Shown: piece after piece, positions 32,397-41,958 of the stretch | Numbering within the stretch: position 1 is the stretch's first letter | Layout: each line of letters begins with the position of its first letter | IMG/VR virus record: IMGVR_UViG_3300031772_000002 | Span: 100,447-164,446 of that record | Source: a virus | Length of the DNA: 64,000 bases | Reading direction: 5' to 3' (one strand) | Translations under genes and position numbers: made by a program | Notes under the pieces: model-generated | The model's input: the letters and a program-made list of their open reading frames with translations, nothing else | Told to the model about the DNA's origin: nothing | Database searches by the model: none

Positions 32397-34481
32397 ATGG
32401 CGAATGAAGGATTAGTTGGACCTGGAATAAAACCTCAAGGAGGCACAAGTCCGGCAGCATCTACATTTAATCGCGGATCTGTTCAATACGATACTCCATT
32501 TCTCGATATGACAAGTACATATATTCCAAAAACAATTAAAGGAATATTAAAATTTATTGCTGCATTTCTTTTTGGAGATAGTATAATATCTCAATGCGTA
32601 ATAAAATTATCAGAATATCCTATTACATCATTAATTTATAATGACGATAATGAACTAATACTTAAAAATGATAAAACTATTGAATTTTGGAAAGACTTTC
32701 TTGAAAATAAATTAAAAATTATTAACTCAATGAAACAGTCTGGAATGGATTTTTGGGGTTATGGAAATTCAATTATATCAATACACTATCCATTCAAAAG
32801 ATTTTTTGAATGTCCTAATTGTAAAGAAGATTTTCCATCAGATAGTGTAAAATATAAATTTGCAAATTATCAATTTGAAGGAAAATGCGTAAAATGCGAT
32901 AAAGAAGTTAAATTTAAAGCTTATGATAAAAACACTTCAGAAATTGAAAAATTTAATTTAATACATTGGGATTTATTATATATCGATATTAAATTTAATT
33001 GTATATCAGGAGATCATTTTTATTATTATACAATTCCTCAATATTTATCCAATGCTATTAAAAGTGGAGATATGGACATTGTTAAAACAACAAGACTCGA
33101 AATAATTAAATCAGTAGAAACAAACAAACCTTTAAAATTAATGAATGACAATGTCTTTCATATGAAAAGACTTGGCCCTCAATATATGTATCCATCAGAA
33201 CGAGGATGGGGAATTCCTGTTGTTATGCCTGTTATTAAAGACGCATTTCATAATAAAATATTAAAAAAAGCAAATGAAATGATAGCCTTCGATCATATAT
33301 TACCTTTAAGAATTTTATTTCCATTAGGTACTGGAGATATAAGTCCTCATGCAATAATAAATCTCTCTACATGGAAAAATAAAATAGAGCAAGAAATTGT
33401 TAAATGGAAAAGTGATAATAATTATATATCAATAGTTCCTTTACCAATTGGTATGGTTAATTTTAGTGGAGATGCTAAAGCATTGATGGTTACTCCTGAA
33501 ATTAAAGCTACTGAAGATACAATTATTACAGGAATTGGAGTTATTCCTGAAATAATAAAAGGAGGGGCTTCATGGTCAGGAAGTAATGTTTCTCTTAGAA
33601 TAGTTGAAAATACATTTATTAATCATAGAAAAGGTGAAGACGATTTATTACAATGGGTTATAAAAAAAATATCAACATATATTAATAAAGTTCCATGTAA
33701 AGTAAAAATGTCTGATTTTAAAATGGCAGATGATTTACAAAAAAAACAAATGTTATTACAATCAGCTATGGGATCACCATCGACTACATTAATATCAAAA
33801 TCAACAATGACAAAAGAGTTAGGGTATGAACCTCAAAAAGAATATGAATTAAAATTAAAAGAACTCGTTCAAAATATTGAATTACTTATTCGTGAAAGTG
33901 AAGGAAATGCTGAATCTCAGGGAGCAGCGACTGTTATTGGAGCTATGTATAATGCAAATGCTCAAATAGCTGAAAAAGAACGACTTGAATCAAAAGAAAG
34001 AGAAATGCAGACCAAACGTAATAAAGAAGACCAAATAAGAAATGCTGAGAGTGCCGATGTTGTTGCTCAAGAAATAGATACTATAGGTTATGAAAAAGGT
34101 TATCCGCCAGGAATAATAGAGTTGCCTCAATTAATAATGTTAATTACGCAACGTTTTGTTAATCTTATTAAAGCAGATATAAATGAATTTAAATTACGTA
34201 TGTTAACTATGAAAAATTCAATGCCTGCATTGTATGAAATAATTTATAATAATTTAAAAGAAATGAATCTTATAACTGCAGATTTAATTCCAGATTTAGG
34301 TGTAGCTCAAAAATATACTCCTGGAGAGATTCCTACGTATATACAGGGCGATACTTATGCATCAAGTGAACCAAACCCTGTTGAAATGGGATTGTCTCCT
34401 GGTGAAGCTAATACAAGCATTAAATACAATAAGCCACTTCCTGAAGCTAGACCTCCAGTTTCACCAAACGCTCCTATTTAA
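32397..34481 (+). CDS. Probable portal protein with Zn-ribbon insertion
   Basis: DFWGYGNS, VFHMKR, GWGIP...PLRIL, IITGIGV.PEII.G, V.M.DFKM.DD; CPNC/CVKC insert. Confidence 0.7.
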   Translation: MANEGLVGPGIKPQGGTSPAASTFNRGSVQYDTPFLDMTSTYIPKTIKGILKFIAAFLFGDSIISQCVIKLSEYPITSLIYNDDNELILKNDKTIEFWKDFLENKLKIINSMKQSGMDFWGYGNSIISIHYPFKRFFECPNCKEDFPSDSVKYKFANYQFEGKCVKCDKEVKFKAYDKNTSEIEKFNLIHWDLLYIDIKFNCISGDHFYYYTIPQYLSNAIKSGDMDIVKTTRLEIIKSVETNKPLKLMNDNVFHMKRLGPQYMYPSERGWGIPVVMPVIKDAFHNKILKKANEMIAFDHILPLRILFPLGTGDISPHAIINLSTWKNKIEQEIVKWKSDNNYISIVPLPIGMVNFSGDAKALMVTPEIKATEDTIITGIGVIPEIIKGGASWSGSNVSLRIVENTFINHRKGEDDLLQWVIKKISTYINKVPCKVKMSDFKMADDLQKKQMLLQSAMGSPSTTLISKSTMTKELGYEPQKEYELKLKELVQNIELLIRESEGNAESQGAATVIGAMYNANAQIAEKERLESKEREMQTKRNKEDQIRNAESADVVAQEIDTIGYEKGYPPGIIELPQLIMLITQRFVNLIKADINEFKLRMLTMKNSMPALYEIIYNNLKEMNLITADLIPDLGVAQKYTPGEIPTYIQGDTYASSEPNPVEMGLSPGEANTSIKYNKPLPEARPPVSPNAPI

Positions 34482-34492
34482 TAAAATCTCTC

Positions 34493-34577
34493 TTTTTTTT
34501 AGTTATTAACCGTTATTATCTGGTATAACTATAATGTTAATGGAATTTACCATTAACAATTCAAGGAGTAGATTATG
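34493..34577 (+). promoter_or_regulatory. Repeated hairpin-promoter/RBS cassette, copy 1
   Basis: TTTTTTTAGTTATTAA..TTATTATCTGGTATAACT..TGTTAATGG-N6-CCATTAACA..AGGAGTAGATTATG; near-identical copies on - at ~62633-62718 and ~63327-63412. Confidence 0.75.
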
Positions 34578-34961
34578 AGATATAGGGCATATCGCATATT
34601 GAATGGAAGTCAAGAGTCTGAGTCAATAATATTTGATTCTAAAGAGAAAATGGTAGAGTATTTTGATGGCGTTTCCACCGCGGCGTGGGATTATGAAAAA
34701 GTGGAAGAAAAGAACGGTTTTGAGAAATTCAAAATTGAACGAATCCCATACACGTTCAAATTCTCCCCATCACGGGGAGAAAAGTTATACCAGGATATAC
34801 CTCACATGGGGGAGTGGTGGCCTGTAGTGCCTAATAGTACATTTGAGGGAGCAGGTGGTAGCATTCTCTTTAGTCGGTGCCGGCACGCTGTCGTTGTGGA
34901 CAGTGATGGGCAATGGATTTACATTGCCACTGGTTTGTGCAACTTTATATCAGTTGCATAA
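34575..34961 (+). CDS. Hypothetical cassette gene
   Basis: Own promoter cassette, RBS and terminator; higher GC than its neighbours. Confidence 0.75.
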   Translation: MRYRAYRILNGSQESESIIFDSKEKMVEYFDGVSTAAWDYEKVEEKNGFEKFKIERIPYTFKFSPSRGEKLYQDIPHMGEWWPVVPNSTFEGAGGSILFSRCRHAVVVDSDGQWIYIATGLCNFISVA

Positions 34962-34964
34962 ACC

Positions 34965-34995
34965 AAAAGCGTATTAACAAATACGCTTTTTTTTT
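34965..34995 (+). terminator. Rho-independent terminator
   Basis: AAAAGCGTATT-AACA-AATACGCTTTT plus T run. Confidence 0.8.
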
Positions 34996-35222
34996 ACCTA
35001 TCAAATCTTATAACTAAAAAAAATCTATTAGGTAAAAAACAGCCCCAACAGGGGCTTCTACTAATTTGTATAAGTTATTTTTTTTTTTTAAATAAACGGA
35101 AAACTAACTTGAATATGATGGTATTTTTCACTTTTTACTCCTTTCATTTTTTTTAAAAGTAAAAAAATATGTTAGCTTTCCAGCATTAAAAATATTTAAA
35201 ATATTTTAATGCGGGCTTAAAC

Positions 35223-35257
35223 AAAAAAAAGAGTCAATCGTATTGATTGACTCTTTT
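35223..35257 (-). terminator. Rho-independent terminator of the Ubl operon
   Basis: AAAAGAGTCAATC-GTATT-GATTGACTCTTTT with poly-U on the - strand. Confidence 0.8.
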
Positions 35258-35276
35258 GTTATCAAATTATAAACTA

Positions 35277-35774
35277 TTATTTTTTATTTCTATTACCTTT
35301 CATTGACTGAGAAAGTATTAACCGAACCATACCTTCACCTTCATTTGGATAGATTATCTCATTACTGTTCATAGGATTTCCACCCGTTGATTTTCTATAT
35401 TCATACGCATCTTTTCCATCGGCTTTAAAATATTGACCTTTTTTTTCTTCTGGTAATAGATCAATAATTTGTTTGATTGACATGCCAACATTAGCATTTA
35501 CAGTATCAAAATTTGGAACTCCCAATCTGATTAACTGAACTTGAAAATCATTTCCATTACCCTTTACATTCTCACCAATGATAACTGTATCGCCATCTTT
35601 CAATTGGGTATTATTATTAATTCTTTCTCCGCTCCTTGTTATCGTTTCACTACTTTTAATTTTTTTATTTGCCACTTCAAGCAAGAATTCTACTTTAGGA
35701 TTAGACGAAACCTCATACGATTTAACATCAGCACCTAAAGAAACTAAAGTAACGATTATTGGACTACCATTCAT
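35277..35774 (-). CDS. Tandem ubiquitin-like (beta-grasp) protein
   Basis: Two related halves (V.L..LG...), LKDGDTVII motif, each half ending KGN; follows the E1 gene. Confidence 0.75.
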   Translation of the reverse strand: MNGSPIIVTLVSLGADVKSYEVSSNPKVEFLLEVANKKIKSSETITRSGERINNNTQLKDGDTVIIGENVKGNGNDFQVQLIRLGVPNFDTVNANVGMSIKQIIDLLPEEKKGQYFKADGKDAYEYRKSTGGNPMNSNEIIYPNEGEGMVRLILSQSMKGNRNKK

Positions 35775-35784
35775 AAAAAAACTC

Positions 35785-36522
35785 CTATACTTTTAATAAT
35801 GTTTCACTGTCATTAAATCTTCTCATAAAAAAAGATTCAGGATATAAAGTAAAAATATATTCATTCCACATTTTTACTTCTGGTTGATCACAATACTTTT
35901 GAACAAAATGTTGAATCATTTTAGAACATGCAACACTGGCAATATATGTAGCTGTTATTATAATTGATTGGCTGGTTCCGCACAAGGACACATCAGCTTC
36001 CTCATCTGTACATAATGTTTTTTTCCACGCATCTACTTCTTCACCGATATGAGGATTAAACGCATAGATTCGACCTCCACGCAATCCCATTCTTGTTTCT
36101 ATTACCATATCGGTATTGAAGCTATATTTTATGCAGTTCTCAAATATTTCTTTACGACTCTTCATCGTATCTGTCAATAAGAAAACGTAAGTTGATTGAA
36201 CATCTTTGTCTTCAGTAACTATCATTCGATTGAATGTTTGTACTGAAAAATTACACTTACGTTTTATAATATCGTTCATAGCTTCTACTTTTGGCTTACC
36301 AACATCTTGTGGATAAAAAGATTGATTTGCCAAATTATGCTCTTCAACAATATCACCATCAAATAATTTAAGAACTCCTTGTTCATTATTACTATCTCCC
36401 CACCCTAATTGGGCAAGCATTAAAGCAATGGCACTTCCAGTAGCTCCGACCCCTACCAAAGAAATACTTTTATTTCTAATCATTTTTGGATTAATTAATT
36501 TTGATTGTCTACTATAATTCAT
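35785..36522 (-). CDS. ThiF/MoeB-family E1-like adenylyltransferase
   Basis: VGVGATGS nucleotide loop, DGDIVEEHNLANQ, GKPKV, TDTMKSR, candidate catalytic Cys in SLCG. Confidence 0.9.
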   Translation of the reverse strand: MNYSRQSKLINPKMIRNKSISLVGVGATGSAIALMLAQLGWGDSNNEQGVLKLFDGDIVEEHNLANQSFYPQDVGKPKVEAMNDIIKRKCNFSVQTFNRMIVTEDKDVQSTYVFLLTDTMKSRKEIFENCIKYSFNTDMVIETRMGLRGGRIYAFNPHIGEEVDAWKKTLCTDEEADVSLCGTSQSIIITATYIASVACSKMIQHFVQKYCDQPEVKMWNEYIFTLYPESFFMRRFNDSETLLKV

Positions 36523-37550
36523 AATAATTCCTTAAATTCATTATTATTATTATTATTAGATTTTAATTTATCTAATAATTCTATATATTCATTTAATTGA
36601 ATTATTTTATTATCTTCATAAAATACCACTTGTCTTTTTCCATCAACAAATTCAATTTTGCTACTTAAATTTTTTTTTTTATTATTGTTATATTTATGTC
36701 TCATATCAAAATTATCATATTCATGAAAATCATTATTATTATTTATATAACCATTTCTATTATCAAACAAAGACTGTTGCTTATTAAAATTTATATCAGT
36801 TTTAATATTAATTTCTTTTAATTTCAAAACCTTATTTACTATTTTATTATAAATAGATGAATCTGATATTGCTTTTGAAATTTTATCTACAACTTCGTTA
36901 ACTGATATTTCTTCTTGATCATATTTATTTATTATAATTTTTATTTCATTTATTTTTTTCAAATTAAGTTCTTCGTCTTCTTTTTCAATTTCCCATTTAA
37001 TATTATCAAATCTGATATTTTTAAATGGATCAAAAAAAGACACTGACATTTCTTTATCATCACATATTACTCTTATTAAATAAGAATTTGTACTTTTAAT
37101 TCGATCAATAGTCTGACTTTCATCCTGGTTGCTTGGACTAGTACCAGACATGTGTTTGTGTCCCCAAAGTTTTATTTTTCCTATTTCTTCCATTTTATTA
37201 TTATTAATCATGTACTGAATTAACTCAATTTCTCCATCGGAACTAATAGTACATGTTCCAGTATTAGCCTCTGAGTGTTTTGGATAATAGACATTTTTAA
37301 TATAAAATTTATAATCACCAATTTCTTCTACAGTTGCATAAAATCCAACTTCATGATTATGATTTTCAATAATAGCACCAATCCACATCATAGACTTTTT
37401 ACTGAAAATAATAATTGGAGAAATTTTATGTTCAGGAATTAACTGGCTATAAGTGGTATTTATATTTCTTTTGCTAAAACTTCTCATAGTTAACCTTTCA
37501 TGTTTTTTACACAAGGATACCATGCCCCTTGTGGCCATGGTAGTTTGCAA
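36519..37550 (-). CDS. JAB/MPN+ metallopeptidase (deubiquitinase-like)
   Basis: HEVG ... WGHKHMSGTSPSNQD (E...HxH...SxxD). Confidence 0.8.
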   Translation of the reverse strand: MQTTMATRGMVSLCKKHERLTMRSFSKRNINTTYSQLIPEHKISPIIIFSKKSMMWIGAIIENHNHEVGFYATVEEIGDYKFYIKNVYYPKHSEANTGTCTISSDGEIELIQYMINNNKMEEIGKIKLWGHKHMSGTSPSNQDESQTIDRIKSTNSYLIRVICDDKEMSVSFFDPFKNIRFDNIKWEIEKEDEELNLKKINEIKIIINKYDQEEISVNEVVDKISKAISDSSIYNKIVNKVLKLKEINIKTDINFNKQQSLFDNRNGYINNNNDFHEYDNFDMRHKYNNNKKKNLSSKIEFVDGKRQVVFYEDNKIIQLNEYIELLDKLKSNNNNNNEFKELL

Positions 37551-37556
37551 AATCTC

Positions 37557-38663
37557 TTATATTACATTAGGAAAAAACTTAATAAATACACCTAATTCAT
37601 CATTCATATTAGGTTGAGTAATAAACCTTATTATAATATCAAATATCATAGAGATATTTTTTAAAGCAAATGCTTTAATTAATGATTCCGTTACTACGTC
37701 CCCTAAACACATTGTTTCATTTCTAAAAACATGACCACACTCCAAAATTCTTCCTGAATAACTATCATAAAATCCTCTACTCATATTATGAATAGTTATA
37801 AAATTAGTAACTGTTCCTAATTCTCCAAAAAATAGTAAAATGTTGACTCCTATTCTCATTCTACCTATTTTTTTAAAAAATAACTCTCCATCATTTTCTT
37901 CTTTATAATCAAATACTTTTTCTTGTGTAATCAACTCTTTAGTAATGATTACAATTTCATCCTTAGTAAAACCTATTTCTTCTATATTATCATTAATTTT
38001 TAATTTATCAATATCATTGACAAATTTATCAATAAATTTATTATTATTAATACATACAAAACAATCATGAATTGATTGTTCTAACATAATTAATTCAGTA
38101 ATTAATCTTTTCTTTTTATTTTCCAAATCTTCAAGACGTTTTGAAGTATTAATTGTTTCTTTAAATATTTTTGAAATATAAGTTTTTAATTTATCATTAA
38201 AAAGAATGAATACTGAATTAGATCTAAACCAAAGATCAGATTTATCAGTATTTTCTTTATACCCTTCTTCATAATTAATTTCTTTATCTTCTTCTAAAAT
38301 TTCTAAAAATTTCTGATCTTCATTAGAAGTAATTTCTTCAACACAATCATCTTCAATATTAGAAATAATTTCATCAACACAATCTTCTTTATCTCCTACA
38401 GAATTAGCATTATTTGGAATTAAATTTTTTATACAAATTTCATCTGGATAATTATTATCAATAATATTAAGATTGTCAAATATCTTTTTTATTTCAGGAT
38501 TATAATTAATTAATAAATCTATAAATTCCTTCATTTTTTCTTTATCTACAGATACTAATGCTGCATCACTTGTATAACTTAAAATAGTAGAAATTTTAAA
38601 AATATCTTGAGATACTTTAAAAAAATCCACTATTTCATTTAATATAGTAACAATAATTTTCAT
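37557..38663 (-). CDS. Coiled-coil plus prokaryotic E2-like domain protein
   Basis: GHVFRNETMCLGD followed by an amphipathic helix; paralogous to the C-terminus of 38682..40787. Confidence 0.6.
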   Translation of the reverse strand: MKIIVTILNEIVDFFKVSQDIFKISTILSYTSDAALVSVDKEKMKEFIDLLINYNPEIKKIFDNLNIIDNNYPDEICIKNLIPNNANSVGDKEDCVDEIISNIEDDCVEEITSNEDQKFLEILEEDKEINYEEGYKENTDKSDLWFRSNSVFILFNDKLKTYISKIFKETINTSKRLEDLENKKKRLITELIMLEQSIHDCFVCINNNKFIDKFVNDIDKLKINDNIEEIGFTKDEIVIITKELITQEKVFDYKEENDGELFFKKIGRMRIGVNILLFFGELGTVTNFITIHNMSRGFYDSYSGRILECGHVFRNETMCLGDVVTESLIKAFALKNISMIFDIIIRFITQPNMNDELGVFIKFFPNVI

Positions 38664-38681
38664 AAAAAACCTTTCTTAAAT

Positions 38682-40787
38682 TTAAATTTTTATAGGTATA
38701 AAATCTCTTATTTTATCATCAAAAACTTTTTCCTTTTCAGAAATTTTGTACATAGTATTATAATCTAGCAAATCATCATCCTTTAATGCAATTTCTTTAG
38801 TAACTTCTGGCCAATTCACTACATGCTTACCAGCCGCATCACTTGTATTTACAGATTCAAGAAATATAATAATTTGATAAACTAGAGAATAAAGATCTCT
38901 ATTTCTATAAGAAGTTATCAATTGATTTCCAAGATTTCCATGGCAAATTCTACCATCACTAAAAACATGAGGGGCATTCATGTTATTCTCGTAACCATTA
39001 ATAGTATGTTTAGTATTGATAATCTTAATTGTATTATTTTCATCATATTTATTCGAATTAATTCCTATTGTTATTAGAAAAGTTCCAATATCATACCATT
39101 TATCACCAACATTAACATATAAATTTTTAGTATTAACATTAACAGTATCGTTTTTCAGTGATATAGATAAAACTTTTTTTAAATTTAAACATTCATCGTA
39201 TGATGATAAAGCTTTTTCTTTTTGTTTAACTATAAAGTCATTAAAATCAAAATGACTTATTTTTTCCATAGTTCTATCCATAAGTTTTGAATATTCCAAT
39301 ACTTCATTATAACTTTTTAAATATTTTGATCTATATTCATTATAAATTTCTTTTAAATCTGAAATATATTTTGTACTATTATCTATAACGTACTCAACAT
39401 ATTTTTCTCTATCTATAATATTTTTAGACAATATATAATTTTTATCAATTTCAAAAATTTCTTTTAATGTATATTTTTTTAAATATCTATTTGAAAATTC
39501 TTTAAAAATTAATTTCATACATAAATTATGATTTTCTTTTAACAATTTATCACTTTGTAAAATAGCTACATTACTAACAATTGGTATCATAAAAAATACC
39601 ATATTTTCTTTTTGAATTCCCCATATTAGGTTGGAAATATGATCCTTATAAACCATATTAAAATTATTAAATGATGAAGTTTCTTTTGATTTATTTTTTA
39701 ATACGAATATACTATATAATTCGTAACCAAAACAATTTATATTAACATTTCTACGTTCAACACAGTCAAATCCAATAGTATTATAATTAAATGCATATAA
39801 AGGATAGTTCATTCTTTCAATAAAAAAAAATAAAATATTTTTTTTTATTTCTTGAACTATATTTATATCAAAATTATTATTTAAATATGTTGCTATATCA
39901 TGTATAAATCTAAATTCAATAATAATAATATGTTTTTTAATATTTTCAGCAATAGATTTTATTTCATAAAAAAAATCTTTTAAATATTCAGAATCTACTT
40001 TAGTTAAAAAATATGTAACTAAATATGAAGAATCTTCATAATTTCCAATATTTTTTTCATCAACAGAGTATTGTTTTTTATATAAATGAATAAGTAAATA
40101 GTTATTTATATATTTTAATACTTCAGATTTAAAATTTATTATTTTAATTTCTTCATCATCAACTGGAAGTATTGATGAATTTTCATCTTTAGCAATTATA
40201 TTTTCATTTATAGATGAAGCCTCAATACTATCAAAATGCTGTGCGCTAACTAATTTACTTTTATCTAAAACACTATCTAATTCATCTAAAATTTGATCTA
40301 ACTGTTCATTATGTATAACTTCAGTTTGATGTTCTTGTTCAGACGCTATATTTGGTAAACTTTGCTCTATTGGAGTTATTAATCTCTTGATTTCCAGTAC
40401 AACATCATCAAATATAAATCTATTACCACTATTATTTAAGCATATAAAATTATATAACTCTTCATTTAAATTTGAAGGAGTTAATTCAAATAATATATTA
40501 TCATTAATCCAAAATGGATGTAATATTATTTTCACACCACTTATATTTGAATTGACTGTTTGTATTTTAATATCGTATACTTTTTCATAATCCTTACATG
40601 ATGAAAGTTTATCCTTTATTTTATTACAATTAAAAATTTCTTTAATAATATTTATAATTTTTAATGTATCAGTTCTACTAACTATCGCTATTTCTTCATT
40701 TGAATTAAGTGTATATGGAACATAGTCAACACCAATATTTTGAGCTAGCCATTTTTCACAAAAAGCAAACATATTATCACATTCCAT
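38682..40787 (-). CDS. Large protein with C-terminal prokaryotic E2 (UBC-fold) domain
   Basis: APHVFSDGRICHGN (PHV..G.IC.G E2 signature) after a coiled coil. Confidence 0.7.
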   Translation of the reverse strand: MECDNMFAFCEKWLAQNIGVDYVPYTLNSNEEIAIVSRTDTLKIINIIKEIFNCNKIKDKLSSCKDYEKVYDIKIQTVNSNISGVKIILHPFWINDNILFELTPSNLNEELYNFICLNNSGNRFIFDDVVLEIKRLITPIEQSLPNIASEQEHQTEVIHNEQLDQILDELDSVLDKSKLVSAQHFDSIEASSINENIIAKDENSSILPVDDEEIKIINFKSEVLKYINNYLLIHLYKKQYSVDEKNIGNYEDSSYLVTYFLTKVDSEYLKDFFYEIKSIAENIKKHIIIIEFRFIHDIATYLNNNFDINIVQEIKKNILFFFIERMNYPLYAFNYNTIGFDCVERRNVNINCFGYELYSIFVLKNKSKETSSFNNFNMVYKDHISNLIWGIQKENMVFFMIPIVSNVAILQSDKLLKENHNLCMKLIFKEFSNRYLKKYTLKEIFEIDKNYILSKNIIDREKYVEYVIDNSTKYISDLKEIYNEYRSKYLKSYNEVLEYSKLMDRTMEKISHFDFNDFIVKQKEKALSSYDECLNLKKVLSISLKNDTVNVNTKNLYVNVGDKWYDIGTFLITIGINSNKYDENNTIKIINTKHTINGYENNMNAPHVFSDGRICHGNLGNQLITSYRNRDLYSLVYQIIIFLESVNTSDAAGKHVVNWPEVTKEIALKDDDLLDYNTMYKISEKEKVFDDKIRDFIPIKI

Positions 40788-40886
40788 ACTAATACTATCT
40801 CCTTATTTAAAAAAAAATAAATTTTCATTACATTATTATTACATAAAATTATAATAAATCACACGTTATAATGAATTTTTATTAAT

Positions 40887-41192
40887 TTACTTTAGAGAAT
40901 TTAAAAAATTAAGCCCAAGAGAGATTTTAATATTATTCCACCTATCGATGGAATCACATGAAAAAGCTTTAGATCCGCAATCATTTAACTTTTTTATTTT
41001 ATATTCCTGTAATTTACTTGGAACCTTTCCTGGCTTTTTTACTTCAATAAATACCGCCCCGGTAATTTTTGTAGTAAAGAAAATATCCAATTCACCGGAA
41101 TCACTTGACTTTATTAATTTAAAACATTCACAATATTTTCCATAAGATCGTAAATCTTTTAAAATAATATCCTGAATTTTTTTTTCTTTCAT
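40887..41192 (-). CDS. VRR-NUC domain nuclease
   Basis: MKEKKIQ...G..D...FIEVKKPG...S.LQ. Confidence 0.85.
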   Translation of the reverse strand: MKEKKIQDIILKDLRSYGKYCECFKLIKSSDSGELDIFFTTKITGAVFIEVKKPGKVPSKLQEYKIKKLNDCGSKAFSCDSIDRWNNIKISLGLNFLNSLK

Positions 41193-41198
41193 AGTTTT

Positions 41199-41555
41199 TT
41201 AACTTGGAACAAAAACCATTGAATGACTATTACCTTTACTGGATATTATATAACCTTTATTAACACAGGTTATATTAAAATATCTATTAAAACGAATTGT
41301 TTCTCCAATTTTCATTTTAGAAATTTTTTTTTCAATATCTATTGGATCCATATTAAATTTTTCATTTTTTTTTCTGGAAATTTCAATATAATTATTTATT
41401 TTATTTTCTATCAAGCTGGATCTATCTATTACATGTAAATTTCCAGTTTTTTCATTTTCTAAATCAACCAAATCCGTTACTGCATATATAAGAGCACAAT
41501 TCAATTCTTCATTTGTCATAAATTTTTCCTTATTAATAATTATAATAAATCCCAA
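41199..41555 (-). CDS. Hypothetical protein
   Basis: ORF in - strand cluster; likely start at the internal Met (41519). Confidence 0.55.
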   Translation of the reverse strand: MGFIIIINKEKFMTNEELNCALIYAVTDLVDLENEKTGNLHVIDRSSLIENKINNYIEISRKKNEKFNMDPIDIEKKISKMKIGETIRFNRYFNITCVNKGYIISSKGNSHSMVFVPS

Positions 41556-41776
41556 AAATTATCATTTAAAATGCTAATATATTTTTTAGGTATATCTATT
41601 TGATTTTCAATAAACTGATTAAATTTTTCTTTAATATCTTTTTCTATATTTGTATCATTTAAAATATTGCGACTTCTAATTTCAGAAAATAAACTATCTC
41701 TATATTTGCTTTTAGAAATTGAAATAGCCCTTTCTATCAGGGCTAATTCTTCTTCAGAAATTAAATAATATTTCAT
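41540..41776 (-). CDS. Hypothetical protein
   Basis: AAGGA RBS upstream. Confidence 0.55.
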   Translation of the reverse strand: MKYYLISEEELALIERAISISKSKYRDSLFSEIRSRNILNDTNIEKDIKEKFNQFIENQIDIPKKYISILNDNFWDLL

Positions 41777-41781
41777 TTTAT

Positions 41782-41831
41782 AATCCTTGCGAGAGAAAAC
41801 CCCGACCCTTGTGGTCGGGGATGAATCGAGC
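41782..41831 (+). mobile_element. Isolated IS200/IS605 left-end-like hairpin
   Basis: TTAT|AATCCTTG...AAAACCCCGACC-CTTGT-GGTCGGGGATGA. Confidence 0.5.
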
Positions 41832-41958
41832 CATTATTATGTTAAATAAATTGATCCTGTGTGAAACACTTTATCCACCTTCTTAATATTAAAATTCTTT
41901 CCCACACATAATACCCACATACCTAAATTAAAACACCCTTTAACTGTATATCTCTTAT

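Noticed and set aside
35785-36522. ThiF/MoeB as a cofactor-biosynthesis auxiliary gene
   Set aside because: No thi/moa partners, lacks the CxxC Zn motifs, and is linked to JAB, E2-like and tandem Ubl genes
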